Assembly (NCBI GenBank): GCA_038063735.1
Contig: JBBTUN010000012.1
Span: 1,595-65,594 of the forward strand
Direction of reading: 5' to 3'
DNA length: 64,000 nt
DNA from: Patescibacteria group bacterium
Lineage (GTDB): Bacteria > Patescibacteriota > Microgenomatia > Curtissbacterales > GWA2-41-24
Below the pieces are notes generated by a model that saw nothing but the letters and a program-made list of their open reading frames with translations, had not been told where the DNA came from and did no database searches. Positions 47,968-57,307 of this stretch are shown here, one piece after another. Every line of letters starts with the position of its first letter. The first letter of the stretch is position 1. Made by a program: the position numbers and the translations under genes.

Positions 47968-48693
47968 TTAATTCGTAAACTTAAATGTCGAGAGAATTTG
48001 ATCGAACATCACACCTGCTGGCTTAGAATATGATGTTCCAGTCTCCCCATTTCCGAAAGCGCTAAACCAGTAAATATAATCACCTCTTTTTACCCAAACA
48101 TCTTTATCTGTGTTTTCAAACTGCATTCCCGTATTTGTTTTATAGCCGTTTGTATTGTCAATTGTTACTTTTTGTATTTTTCCATTTTTTAGCCCTTCGT
48201 TGAATGAAGGAACTCCTCCCAGATTTTCTTGGTATGTTTTATCTAAATATCCATCAAGTGATAAATCGGTGGTTATTACTTTTATTGTAATACCTATAAA
48301 TTTATCCTCTGGGAACTTATAAGCATCGTTTTCCCCATTCATAAAAATTTGCGTGTCTGCTACTTCTGACCTAGTTGAAGTTTGAAAGTCCAGTTCTAGA
48401 GGATATTTAATCGAGTAACGATACATAGAATTTGTATACGTTTTCCAATTCGCCCCGATTGGGTCTGGGTTTGCCGTTTCGTCGGAGGCGTTAGGTGGCG
48501 GAGTGGTATATTTGTATTGCAGTTCATTCGCCTCGTCAGCTGACAAACCAACTCCGTCATTCATCCGTTCTTGATTTTGTATGGAATATTTTTGGTAAAC
48601 AAACAATCCGCCTACGCCTACAACAACGGAGGCAAGAACAATTAGGACAATTAATATTGGCGCAAAACCTTTTTTCATTTGGGCAAGTTTCAT
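47968..48693 (-). CDS. Membrane-anchored protein with PsbP-like domain and pilin-type N-terminus
   Basis: KKGFAPILIVLIV TM; WKTYTN..YSIKYP; FDQILSTFKF. Confidence 0.7.
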   Translation of the reverse strand: MKLAQMKKGFAPILIVLIVLASVVVGVGGLFVYQKYSIQNQERMNDGVGLSADEANELQYKYTTPPPNASDETANPDPIGANWKTYTNSMYRYSIKYPLELDFQTSTRSEVADTQIFMNGENDAYKFPEDKFIGITIKVITTDLSLDGYLDKTYQENLGGVPSFNEGLKNGKIQKVTIDNTNGYKTNTGMQFENTDKDVWVKRGDYIYWFSAFGNGETGTSYSKPAGVMFDQILSTFKFTN

Positions 48694-48789
48694 CTAAATC
48701 AATCGTAAATGGTTTACCCCGAGAAACGCAAGTGATGAAGGGTCAACTATTCAATTGTCAAAGAACTTGCTGCCTGTTAACATCTAAAC

Positions 48790-50757
48790 GTGCAGACTTC
48801 TCTACAAAAAATCCTTGACAAAATCATATATCTTTCTTTTCTTGCCCTGGCAGCAATCACCCCCTTAATTTTTACAACTACAACAACCGAAATTTACGAA
48901 GTGCCAAAAATGTACTTTGTGTACTTTTTTGCAACCGTCCTTTTGTTTGCAACTTTATTCAAGTTTATTCTCCAGAAAAAAATTACAATTCCAACTTCCG
49001 GTGCTGTCAACGCGCTGGCCATTTTTTTAATCATCCAGGCAATCTCCACGATATTTTCGACCGACAAATTTACATCTATTTTTGGCTACCCTACACGCCT
49101 AAACGGCGGCCTGTTGTCCCTTTTTGCCTATTTTGTCATCTTTATTAGCGCCCAAATTAACCTGGACAGGCAAAAAGCAATTAACATTATTTTGGCAGCC
49201 TTTTTTGCGTCCGTTGCGGTCGCCATCTGGGGAATCCCTTCCTACTTTAGGTACGATCCATCCTGCTACGTTTTAACAGGCAAACTTACGTCAAGCTGCT
49301 GGCAGAAAGAATTCAACCCTACACTTCGAATCTTCTCCACCCTTGGCCAACCAAATTGGTTAGCCTCTTATTTGGTCCTTACCCTGCCTCTCACCCTGCC
49401 GCTACTGCTTGGCGCAAAAAAACAAATCCAAAAAATAATTATTATAACCTCCGGCGCCCTCATCTTTATGGCCATTATCCTTACAACCTCAAGGGCCGGA
49501 ATTTTGGGTACCGCAATCGCAATCGTCATAGTGTTCGCTCTTACAAAGCTTAAAACAATAAAGAATCAGCTGCCAGCCTTAGTAGCACTGGCGATAACAT
49601 TCGTTTTGATCACACTTATTTTTGGCACAAAACTAACTTCCCGAATTAACGAAGCCACAAAAACGGCTCCTAAGAATTCCGCCGGCCAAAGTTCGTCAGC
49701 TCCAACTAAATCCGCACTAGCTTCCGGCGGCACGGATTCCGGCCAAATTCGCTTAATTGTTTGGGAAGGGGCAATTAACATTTTTAAACGCTGGCCATTA
49801 TTAGGCGCCGGCCCCGAAACTTTCGTAAACACTTATTATTTGTACCGCCCGCTTTCCCACAACAACACAACCGAATGGGAATTTTTCTACAACAAAGCTC
49901 ATAACGAATTTCTAAACTATTTGGCAAACACCGGCATCTTGGGCCTTGGATCGTACCTGGCATTTATAACACTAGCCGCTCTGGCACTTTTCAAAAGCAG
50001 GTCCGAGAATTTTTCGGCGAGCATCATTGCATCTTCGCTTGGCTATTTCGCAACAATTTTCTTCGGTTTTTCGACAGTTGCAACCCAAACAATTTTCTTT
50101 AGCCTTCTTGCCTGCGGGCTTGTTATGGCAAAAAACAAAACATCCACTAAAACCTACAGCCTGCCTTATCTAAACAACAGAGCCTTCTTCACTCTTGCCG
50201 CCTTAACCATTTCTCTGCTTGGAGTTTACTGCTTAACATTTTTCGCCCGTTTGTATTTTGCCGATACCACAACAAGGCGCGCCCAAAATTCCCTGAGTGC
50301 TAAATCTATCCTAAATTACGACAACGCAAATACCTTAACTCCGGTAGAAAACCCATACCTTATGGCAGATTTTGCCTATGCGCTTGGTGTTTATCAGGAC
50401 AAAATAGATAATACAGACGATAAAAACAGACTTGCTGCCCAAGCCGATTTGTACGCAAAAAAGTCGACCGGCATTGCCCCGAATAATTATTTAATCACCC
50501 AAAAAGCGGTAAAAACTTACATTCTTATTGCCGGTGCGAAGCAGGAATACACGAAAAATACCCTCAACTTTGGCAACAAGTTAACCCAACTCGCCCCCAC
50601 CTACCCAACCAGTTTCCTGCTTCTTACTAAAACGCAAATTACACTTGGTGACAACACCGCAGCGCTTGCCAGCATAAATAAAGCACTTTCCCTTAAACCC
50701 GATTACCCAGAAGCTCAACAGCTACTTGAAGAACTCGGGGTAAAACCGATACAATAA
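48790..50757 (+). CDS. O-antigen ligase / O-oligosaccharyltransferase-like protein with C-terminal TPR
   Basis: R..STLGQPNWLA, TTSRAG, R..VW, G.GPETF and AHNEFL; TPR-like tail. Confidence 0.85.
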   Translation: MQTSLQKILDKIIYLSFLALAAITPLIFTTTTTEIYEVPKMYFVYFFATVLLFATLFKFILQKKITIPTSGAVNALAIFLIIQAISTIFSTDKFTSIFGYPTRLNGGLLSLFAYFVIFISAQINLDRQKAINIILAAFFASVAVAIWGIPSYFRYDPSCYVLTGKLTSSCWQKEFNPTLRIFSTLGQPNWLASYLVLTLPLTLPLLLGAKKQIQKIIIITSGALIFMAIILTTSRAGILGTAIAIVIVFALTKLKTIKNQLPALVALAITFVLITLIFGTKLTSRINEATKTAPKNSAGQSSSAPTKSALASGGTDSGQIRLIVWEGAINIFKRWPLLGAGPETFVNTYYLYRPLSHNNTTEWEFFYNKAHNEFLNYLANTGILGLGSYLAFITLAALALFKSRSENFSASIIASSLGYFATIFFGFSTVATQTIFFSLLACGLVMAKNKTSTKTYSLPYLNNRAFFTLAALTISLLGVYCLTFFARLYFADTTTRRAQNSLSAKSILNYDNANTLTPVENPYLMADFAYALGVYQDKIDNTDDKNRLAAQADLYAKKSTGIAPNNYLITQKAVKTYILIAGAKQEYTKNTLNFGNKLTQLAPTYPTSFLLLTKTQITLGDNTAALASINKALSLKPDYPEAQQLLEELGVKPIQ

Positions 50758-50786
50758 ACACAGAAGCTGCCTGCCCCAAACAGCTA

Positions 50787-52022
50787 ATGGCAATCTTAAA
50801 CAAACAAGATCCTCAAATTGCAAAGCTCATTAAACTTGAAGATAAGCGTCAGCAGGACGATATTGTCCTAATCCCTTCCGAAAATTACGCCTCAGCTGCG
50901 GTGCGCGAAGCCTTGGGCACCCGTCTTAGTAATAAGTATTCCGAAGGCTATTCTCATAAAAGATATTACAGCGGCAATCAGATAATCGATTCTGTTGAAG
51001 ATATCGCCAAAGAAAGAGCCATCAAACTTTTTAAATGTAAATTCGCAAATGTCCAGGCATATTCCGGTTCACCAGCCAACATGGCAATCTACATGGCTCT
51101 TATGGAACCGGGTGATACGGTCATGGGATTGTCGCTTCCCCATGGCGGCCACCTAACCCATGGCTGGCCGGTAAACTTCTCCGGCAAATTCTATAAATCC
51201 GTCCAATACGAAGTTGATAAAAAAACGGAGCGTCTTGATCTTAAAAAAATAGGCAAGCTCATTAGAAAAACTAAACCAAAAATGATCTTTACCGGGGCAA
51301 CCGCCTACTCCCGTGTCTGGGAGTGGCGTGAATTTAGTAAAATCGCCAAAAGCGTAAAGGCATGTTTAATAGCAGATATCTCCCACATTGCAGGCCTTGT
51401 TGTTGCCGGAGTCCACCCTTCCCCATTTCCATACGCGGACGTCGTCATGACCACAACCCATAAAACTCTGCGCGGACCACGCGGCGCGTTAATACTTACC
51501 AATAACGAAGAAATTGCTCAAAAAATAGATAAGGCGGTTTTCCCCGGCCTGCAGGGCGGACCCCACGACAACCAGACAGCAGCAATTGCAGTTGCCCTTC
51601 GCGAAGCTCAGGGTAAACCCTTCAGAACATACGGAGCACAAATCGTCAAAAACGCTAAGGAACTGGCAAAGACTCTCCTTGCAAACAACATTCGCCTTGT
51701 CTCTGGCGGTACAGATAACCATTTAATACTTATTGATCTTGGCGCATCCGGCCCGACAGGCAAAGATATGCAAAACGCTCTTTATGAAGCCGGCCTTTCT
51801 ACAAACAAAAATACTGTTCCCAACGAAACCCGCAGCCCTTTTGTCACTTCCGGAATCAGGATCGGAACTCCGGCAATTACAACCCGCGGCATGAAAGAAC
51901 CTCAAATGCGCCTAATCGGAAGCTTTATTGCCCAAATCATCAAAGACCCCGAAAATGAAAGCCTAAGAAAAGAAATTAAAAAAGAAGTTTTAGAATTGAC
52001 CAAACGCTTCCCAACACCGTAA
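50787..52022 (+). CDS. glyA: Serine hydroxymethyltransferase
   Basis: LIPSEN, NKYSEGY, GGHLTHG and TTTHKTLRGPRG. Confidence 0.98.
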   Translation: MAILNKQDPQIAKLIKLEDKRQQDDIVLIPSENYASAAVREALGTRLSNKYSEGYSHKRYYSGNQIIDSVEDIAKERAIKLFKCKFANVQAYSGSPANMAIYMALMEPGDTVMGLSLPHGGHLTHGWPVNFSGKFYKSVQYEVDKKTERLDLKKIGKLIRKTKPKMIFTGATAYSRVWEWREFSKIAKSVKACLIADISHIAGLVVAGVHPSPFPYADVVMTTTHKTLRGPRGALILTNNEEIAQKIDKAVFPGLQGGPHDNQTAAIAVALREAQGKPFRTYGAQIVKNAKELAKTLLANNIRLVSGGTDNHLILIDLGASGPTGKDMQNALYEAGLSTNKNTVPNETRSPFVTSGIRIGTPAITTRGMKEPQMRLIGSFIAQIIKDPENESLRKEIKKEVLELTKRFPTP

Positions 52023-52066
52023 ATTTTCCACCTTGTTTTTAAAAAGTAAAATGATAATATGAGTTT

Positions 52067-52351
52067 ATGACAAACAGCGACATCCAAAAAATTGGCCAGG
52101 TGGTAGATCAAAAAATAAATAAGGCTCTAAAACCCATCGCAAAAAGACTGGATAAAATTGACTCCAGGTTAGACAAAGTTGATTCCAAATTAGACCGTCT
52201 TGAAAGCAAAACTGATGCACTAATCTTAGACGTGAATGATTTGCAAGAAAACGTAGGTGGCATAAAAGACAAACTAGTAATAATAGAAGAAAAGCACGAC
52301 GAGGATACAGCTCAAATAAAAAACCACATTGGCCTCTTAAATCCCAATTAA
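52067..52351 (+). CDS. Small heptad coiled-coil protein
   Basis: RLDKIDSRLDKVDSKLDRLES heptad repeats. Confidence 0.7.
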   Translation: MTNSDIQKIGQVVDQKINKALKPIAKRLDKIDSRLDKVDSKLDRLESKTDALILDVNDLQENVGGIKDKLVIIEEKHDEDTAQIKNHIGLLNPN

Positions 52352-52387
52352 TTGTCGCAGGTAACAATTTAAGTTAAACTTCTTTCT

Positions 52388-52477
52388 ATGTCAGCACAAA
52401 TTTTAAAGGGCAAAGCGATATGCACAATTTTCAACGTAAAGAGAGTTGTTTTAAAGCTTGTTAAGCGGCCACGCTAG
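52388..52477 (+). pseudogene. Possible relic 5' fragment of folD
   Basis: MSAQILKGKAI resembles FolD N-termini; preceded by TTGTCG-17-TAAACT ending 7 nt before the ATG. Confidence 0.45.
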
Positions 52478-53435
52478 CGGATAAACTTGCAAAATCCAAA
52501 CCATTAAAAGCAAAAACCGGGTCGCTAGGCTCAACATTATCTACAATTTTCCCCCGCCCAACCACATACACAACTTTTGGCGAAGTTCCCAAATCGGTTG
52601 TATCCGAAGTCAAAACCTGTTTTGTAGCTTCAACCATATCACTATTGTGAATGTACCCTTTTGCAATTTCCTCTTGTTGTTCAACAGGAAGCATTGGAAC
52701 CAAAAACCTTGTCACCATCTTTCCCACTAGACTATCTTCAATTAATCCACCACTGACAATTGTCATATCAACATTAGGATATGCCATACCACTCCTATGC
52801 ATCCATTGTTCAAACTGGTTCTTTGAAGAAGCTACTCCTCTATAAAAATCTGGCGCATCTTGGCTCTCAAAAAAAGTTGAGGGAATGCTGGAATAGTAAA
52901 CCACCCGAAGCCGGCTCTCAACATTCACCGCAGCACTCTGAACCAGATTTACATTTGCCAAAAAGTTAATTGCTATTGCTTTGTCTTGCGCCCCGCTAAC
53001 CCATTCCTTAACATGTCCAGACAAAACACCAAGCATTTCCTTTTTATCTTCAGGGGTTTTCGCCCTTGCGGCACGACCCAACTCCAATGCTAATTTGGTT
53101 GAGAAATCTTCCATGCCTCCTGCTGCAGAAAGCACTATGTCCGTAGGCAACTTACTCGCATCCTCTAGAAAAGAAAGGGCTTTTCTGGTCGAATCCGAAT
53201 CAGTTAGATCAGCAACAAATGGAGTTGGAGAAACTCCATCCATTTTGGAAGCTGCATCTTCGAAATGAGAAAAGTGTCTAGTACCAATTATCAAATCAGC
53301 GCCTGCGTCTGCAAGGGCAATAGAGGTCGCAAGGCCTGCACCTGTTGCCCCTCCTGTAACCAAAATTCTTCGGCCCTTTAATGGTTGACCCTCCTTAAAT
53401 TCCGACCGCGCATCACTTTCTAATCTGTTCGACAT
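52461..53435 (-). CDS. Divergent short-chain dehydrogenase/reductase
   Basis: ILVTGGATGAG, ADL, SAAGG and Y....SK motifs. Confidence 0.75.
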   Translation of the reverse strand: MSNRLESDARSEFKEGQPLKGRRILVTGGATGAGLATSIALADAGADLIIGTRHFSHFEDAASKMDGVSPTPFVADLTDSDSTRKALSFLEDASKLPTDIVLSAAGGMEDFSTKLALELGRAARAKTPEDKKEMLGVLSGHVKEWVSGAQDKAIAINFLANVNLVQSAAVNVESRLRVVYYSSIPSTFFESQDAPDFYRGVASSKNQFEQWMHRSGMAYPNVDMTIVSGGLIEDSLVGKMVTRFLVPMLPVEQQEEIAKGYIHNSDMVEATKQVLTSDTTDLGTSPKVVYVVGRGKIVDNVEPSDPVFAFNGLDFASLSASVAA

Positions 53436-53495
53436 TCACAAAAAGATACCATCTGATAATTGCCAAGTCAACTCAAGATAAAATAGAATTCAGAT

Positions 53496-54404
53496 ATGGC
53501 AAAAATCCTAGACGGCAAAGTTGTCCGCGACCAGATCCAAGAAAATCTAAAGTCTATAATCCAAAATCTAAAATCTAAGCCCAAGCTTGTCATTATCCAA
53601 GTCGGCGATAATCCGGAAAGCAATACATATATTGGACAAAAGATTAAATTTGGAGAAAGAATCGGCGCTAAAGTAGACCTTCAAAAACTCCCCGCCGACG
53701 TTTCTCAGGATCACCTATCATCTATAATCCATAATCTAAACTCTACCCCCACAATCCACGGCATTATCATCCAAATGCCTATTTCCGAACACTTGAACCG
53801 CGAAAAACTAATCGAGCTCATCGACCCAAAAAAAGATGTCGACGGCTTAACTAACACCAACCAAAAACTTTTGGAGGAAAACAATCCCAATGCAATTATC
53901 CCCGCAACCGCGAAAGGGGTAATTTCTATTCTTAACTTTTATAAAATAAAGGTTAGCGGCAAAAAAGCAACGGTTGTCGGCCGATCAAAACTTGTGGGCG
54001 CACCAGTTGCAACACTTCTTAAAAATCTTGGCGCAACAGTCGAAATCGGTCACAGTAAAACTCCGGATCTAACTGCCGTAACAAAACCAGCCGACATAAT
54101 TGTCGTTGCCGTCGGCAAACCCAATTTAATCAGCAAAGAGCATGTATCAAAAGGTCAAGCTATAGTAGATGTCGGCATAAATGTTGTTGAAAGGCAACAA
54201 GAAACAAGCGACAAGCGACAGGAAGGAAAAGAAAACAAAAGGCCAATGGCCAATGGCAAAAGGCTTCTTGTCGGCGATGTAAACTTTTCCGAAGTCCAAC
54301 CAATCGTTTCAGCAATCACCCCCGTCCCAGGCGGCATCGGCCCCATGACCGTCGCATCTCTTTTTGAAAATTTACTGGAGGCTTACAAAAAACAAGATGA
54401 TTGA
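53496..54404 (+). CDS. folD: Methylenetetrahydrofolate dehydrogenase/cyclohydrolase
   Basis: ILDGK, KDVDG, VVGRSKLVG, VDVGIN and TPVPGGIGPMT. Confidence 0.96.
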   Translation: MAKILDGKVVRDQIQENLKSIIQNLKSKPKLVIIQVGDNPESNTYIGQKIKFGERIGAKVDLQKLPADVSQDHLSSIIHNLNSTPTIHGIIIQMPISEHLNREKLIELIDPKKDVDGLTNTNQKLLEENNPNAIIPATAKGVISILNFYKIKVSGKKATVVGRSKLVGAPVATLLKNLGATVEIGHSKTPDLTAVTKPADIIVVAVGKPNLISKEHVSKGQAIVDVGINVVERQQETSDKRQEGKENKRPMANGKRLLVGDVNFSEVQPIVSAITPVPGGIGPMTVASLFENLLEAYKKQDD

Positions 54405-54999
54405 CGAACGCTTCATCATCTTTGGAGCATTTATAAATTTTTTAGGTGCAATGAGCTATCTTGTCAGCACACTAAGAGGCCGCACAAAACCAAACAAAGT
54501 GACTTGGCTGTTATGGGCAGCGGCACCTATGCTTGCCTTTAGTGCCGAAATTAAACAGGGCGTTGGCCTAATTTCACTTACTACCTTTATGGCTGGTTTT
54601 AATCCTATTCTTATTTTCCTTGTCTCCTTTGTAAACAAAAAATCAAAATGGAAAATAAGTAAATTTGACATCGTCTGCGGTAGCCTGTCGGTTCTTGGTT
54701 TAATTCTATGGCAAATAACAAAAGTCCCAAATTTTGCAATTCTTTTTGCCATAATGGCAGACGGACTAGCTGCAACCCCAACTGTTGTTAAATCCTACAC
54801 AAATCCTGAAACCGAAAATGCCGCGGCCTACTTCGTTGCAATGATTAGCGGTACCATCGCAATTTTGACCGTAAAAACCTGGGGATTCGCTCACTATGCT
54901 TTTCCCGTCTATATCGTCGTAATTTGTTTTATTCTATTTACACTAATCCAGTTCAAACTTGGTTCTAAAATCCAAAGAGCCTACAAAAAACAATATTAG
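54397..54999 (+). CDS. Multi-TM membrane protein (PQ-loop-like)
   Basis: Y..STLRGRTKPN.VTW.LW and PTVVKSY..PETE; six to seven TM segments. Confidence 0.75.
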   Translation: MIDERFIIFGAFINFLGAMSYLVSTLRGRTKPNKVTWLLWAAAPMLAFSAEIKQGVGLISLTTFMAGFNPILIFLVSFVNKKSKWKISKFDIVCGSLSVLGLILWQITKVPNFAILFAIMADGLAATPTVVKSYTNPETENAAAYFVAMISGTIAILTVKTWGFAHYAFPVYIVVICFILFTLIQFKLGSKIQRAYKKQY

Positions 55000-55032
55000 A
55001 AATAAATATTTCTTCTGACTATAATCAACACG

Positions 55033-56775
55033 ATGTACGCCAATGTAGTCGTTTTAACCTACCAAGCACCGGATACTGATTCGTTCAGCTACGAAATTCC
55101 AAACGAACTAGAAAAAGATATTGAAATCGGGCAGTTGGTCAAAGTACCGTTTGGGACAAGAATGCCGATGGGGGTAGTAGTCGGTCTACACAAATCATTG
55201 GATATTAGAAATCTTAAATTAAAAATTAAAAATTTAAAAAGTATCCTCATTTCGCAGCCCCTTCTCCTCCCATATCAAATAGGTTTGGCAAAGTGGATGT
55301 CTGCTTACTACTTTGCTCCAATGGTCAATTGCCTCAACACTATTCTTCCAGAATTGCCTAGTAAATTGTTAACGGTTTACCCTGATTCAAGAAGGGTTCA
55401 TGGTTCATGGCAAAAAGAAAATAAAACTATCAACTATGAACTATCAACTATGAACCAACACCTCATCCTCGTCCCCTCCATCAACAAAATCCCAGAAACT
55501 TTAGCTAAATTTCCAAAAGCCAAAAATCATGTCGTCTACCACAACGAACTTAAAGCTTCAGAAAAATTCGACGCCTGGCAAAAAATTCTAAGCGGCGAAG
55601 CTGATTATATTTTCGGCTCCCGCTCCGCAATCTTTACACCTTGCCCAAACCTCAAAGAAATAATTATTTACGACGAACACGACAGCGCATATAAAGACGA
55701 GCGCTCCCCTTACTTCGATACACTAACAGTTGCACAAAAAATATCTCAACTAACAGTTGCCCAAATTAAAATTGTCGACCCCGCCCCCAAAATCACAACG
55801 TATTTTCAGTTGGAAAGTAGAATCAAAATTCAAACCTTCCCCCAAAAAACTCAAGTAGTAAACCTGGTAAGCGACAAAACCAGCGGCAATAAATCCCCGA
55901 TAAGTTTTGACCTGGAAGAGCACATTGGGCAAACCCTGGAAGAAAAAGGGGCAGTCCTGCTTTTTTTAAACAAAAAGAAAGAATCTGGGCATATGTTTTG
56001 CAAAGCTTGTAAAACCTCGCTTTATCTTGAAAAACAACCGAATCAATGCACAAACTGCAATTCCCCGAACATTTTTTGGAGTGTTTTAAATATCAACTCG
56101 CTAGCAACCGACGTCAAAAATCTATTTCCCCAAAGCAAGGTTAATCTCATTACCGACAACAAACAACAAACTACAAACCACGAACTATCAACTATTGATA
56201 TTGGCACGGCATTTGCTCTTTACTCACCATTGGCTAAAAAATACAATCTTATTGCTCAAATTCAAACAGATTCTCTGCTAAATGTTGCAGACCACGCATC
56301 CGGCGAAAAACTTTTTGCCCAAATAACTTCATTAAAAAAAATACTCACGCCAAACGGCACGCTAATTTTGCAATCGTACAGCGTTGAAAACCCAATACTT
56401 AACCTGGTAGCCCACGGCGATTACAAATCTTTTTATCTGGAAGAACTAAGCCAGCGCAAACTCCTAAACAACCCGCCATACTCATTACTTATAAAATTAA
56501 CAATCAAAGGAAAAGGAGACGACAAAGTCAAAAACGAAGCCGAATCCCTCGCCGGTAGCTTACCATCAACCATCAACCATCAACCATCAACCATCCTCGG
56601 TCCCTACAAACCAATATTTTGGCAAAAATTACCTGTCTATCATATAATCCTTAAAAACAGAGTGGCCAATTACTCATTATCAGATAGGGAAAAGGTGATA
56701 AATAGTATTGCACCGCTCTTACAAAAAGGTTCAAAAAAATACTCAATAGAAGTAGAACCAGCTGGAATCCAATGA
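55033..56775 (+). CDS. priA: Primosomal protein N' (PriA), degenerate helicase motifs
   Basis: N-terminal V.VPFG and LA.WM..YY, FGSRSAIF.P, DEHD..YK..SP.F and CxxC..CxxC; no Walker A visible. Confidence 0.85.
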   Translation: MYANVVVLTYQAPDTDSFSYEIPNELEKDIEIGQLVKVPFGTRMPMGVVVGLHKSLDIRNLKLKIKNLKSILISQPLLLPYQIGLAKWMSAYYFAPMVNCLNTILPELPSKLLTVYPDSRRVHGSWQKENKTINYELSTMNQHLILVPSINKIPETLAKFPKAKNHVVYHNELKASEKFDAWQKILSGEADYIFGSRSAIFTPCPNLKEIIIYDEHDSAYKDERSPYFDTLTVAQKISQLTVAQIKIVDPAPKITTYFQLESRIKIQTFPQKTQVVNLVSDKTSGNKSPISFDLEEHIGQTLEEKGAVLLFLNKKKESGHMFCKACKTSLYLEKQPNQCTNCNSPNIFWSVLNINSLATDVKNLFPQSKVNLITDNKQQTTNHELSTIDIGTAFALYSPLAKKYNLIAQIQTDSLLNVADHASGEKLFAQITSLKKILTPNGTLILQSYSVENPILNLVAHGDYKSFYLEELSQRKLLNNPPYSLLIKLTIKGKGDDKVKNEAESLAGSLPSTINHQPSTILGPYKPIFWQKLPVYHIILKNRVANYSLSDREKVINSIAPLLQKGSKKYSIEVEPAGIQ

Positions 56776-57293
56776 TAAAACCATTTATCGCACTGCCGGA
56801 CCAAAATATTCGACAAAAGTCCAAAGAGGTCGTCGCTTTTGATAAATCGATAGAGCAAATCATCAAAGATCTAACGGAAACTGCCCAAGTGCAAACCGAC
56901 CCAGTAGCACTTGGTCTTGCAGCACCCCAAATCGGAGTTTTTAAAAGAATTTTTGTGGCTCGAATTAGAAACAAATTTAAACACTTCGTAAATCCAACTA
57001 TCACTAAATTTACAACTAAAGAAGCCACACTAATGGAAGGCTGTTTTTCTGTTCCGCAAATTTATGGCAACACAATTCGTCCAATAGAGGTAGACATCAA
57101 GTTCCAGGATATGCACGGTAAATGGCAAAAAGCCCATTTTAAAGGCCTGGCCGCCAAAATTGTCCAACACGAATTTGACCACCTAAACGGCATTCTTTTT
57201 ATAGACCATGTCTACAACCAAAACGGTAAAGTTTTCAAGGTTGAAAAAGATAAAAAAGGTAAAGAGCAATTTGTAGAAGTTCCAACAACTTAG
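56772..57293 (+). CDS. def: Peptide deformylase
   Basis: GLAAPQIG, EGCFS and QHEFDHLNG. Confidence 0.97.
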   Translation: MIKPFIALPDQNIRQKSKEVVAFDKSIEQIIKDLTETAQVQTDPVALGLAAPQIGVFKRIFVARIRNKFKHFVNPTITKFTTKEATLMEGCFSVPQIYGNTIRPIEVDIKFQDMHGKWQKAHFKGLAAKIVQHEFDHLNGILFIDHVYNQNGKVFKVEKDKKGKEQFVEVPTT

Positions 57294-57307
57294 GGTACAA
57301 TTTACCT

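Noticed and set aside
52130-52215. 21-bp periodicity as a DNA repeat element
   Set aside because: It is explained by protein coiled-coil heptads (RLDKIDS) with synonymous variation.
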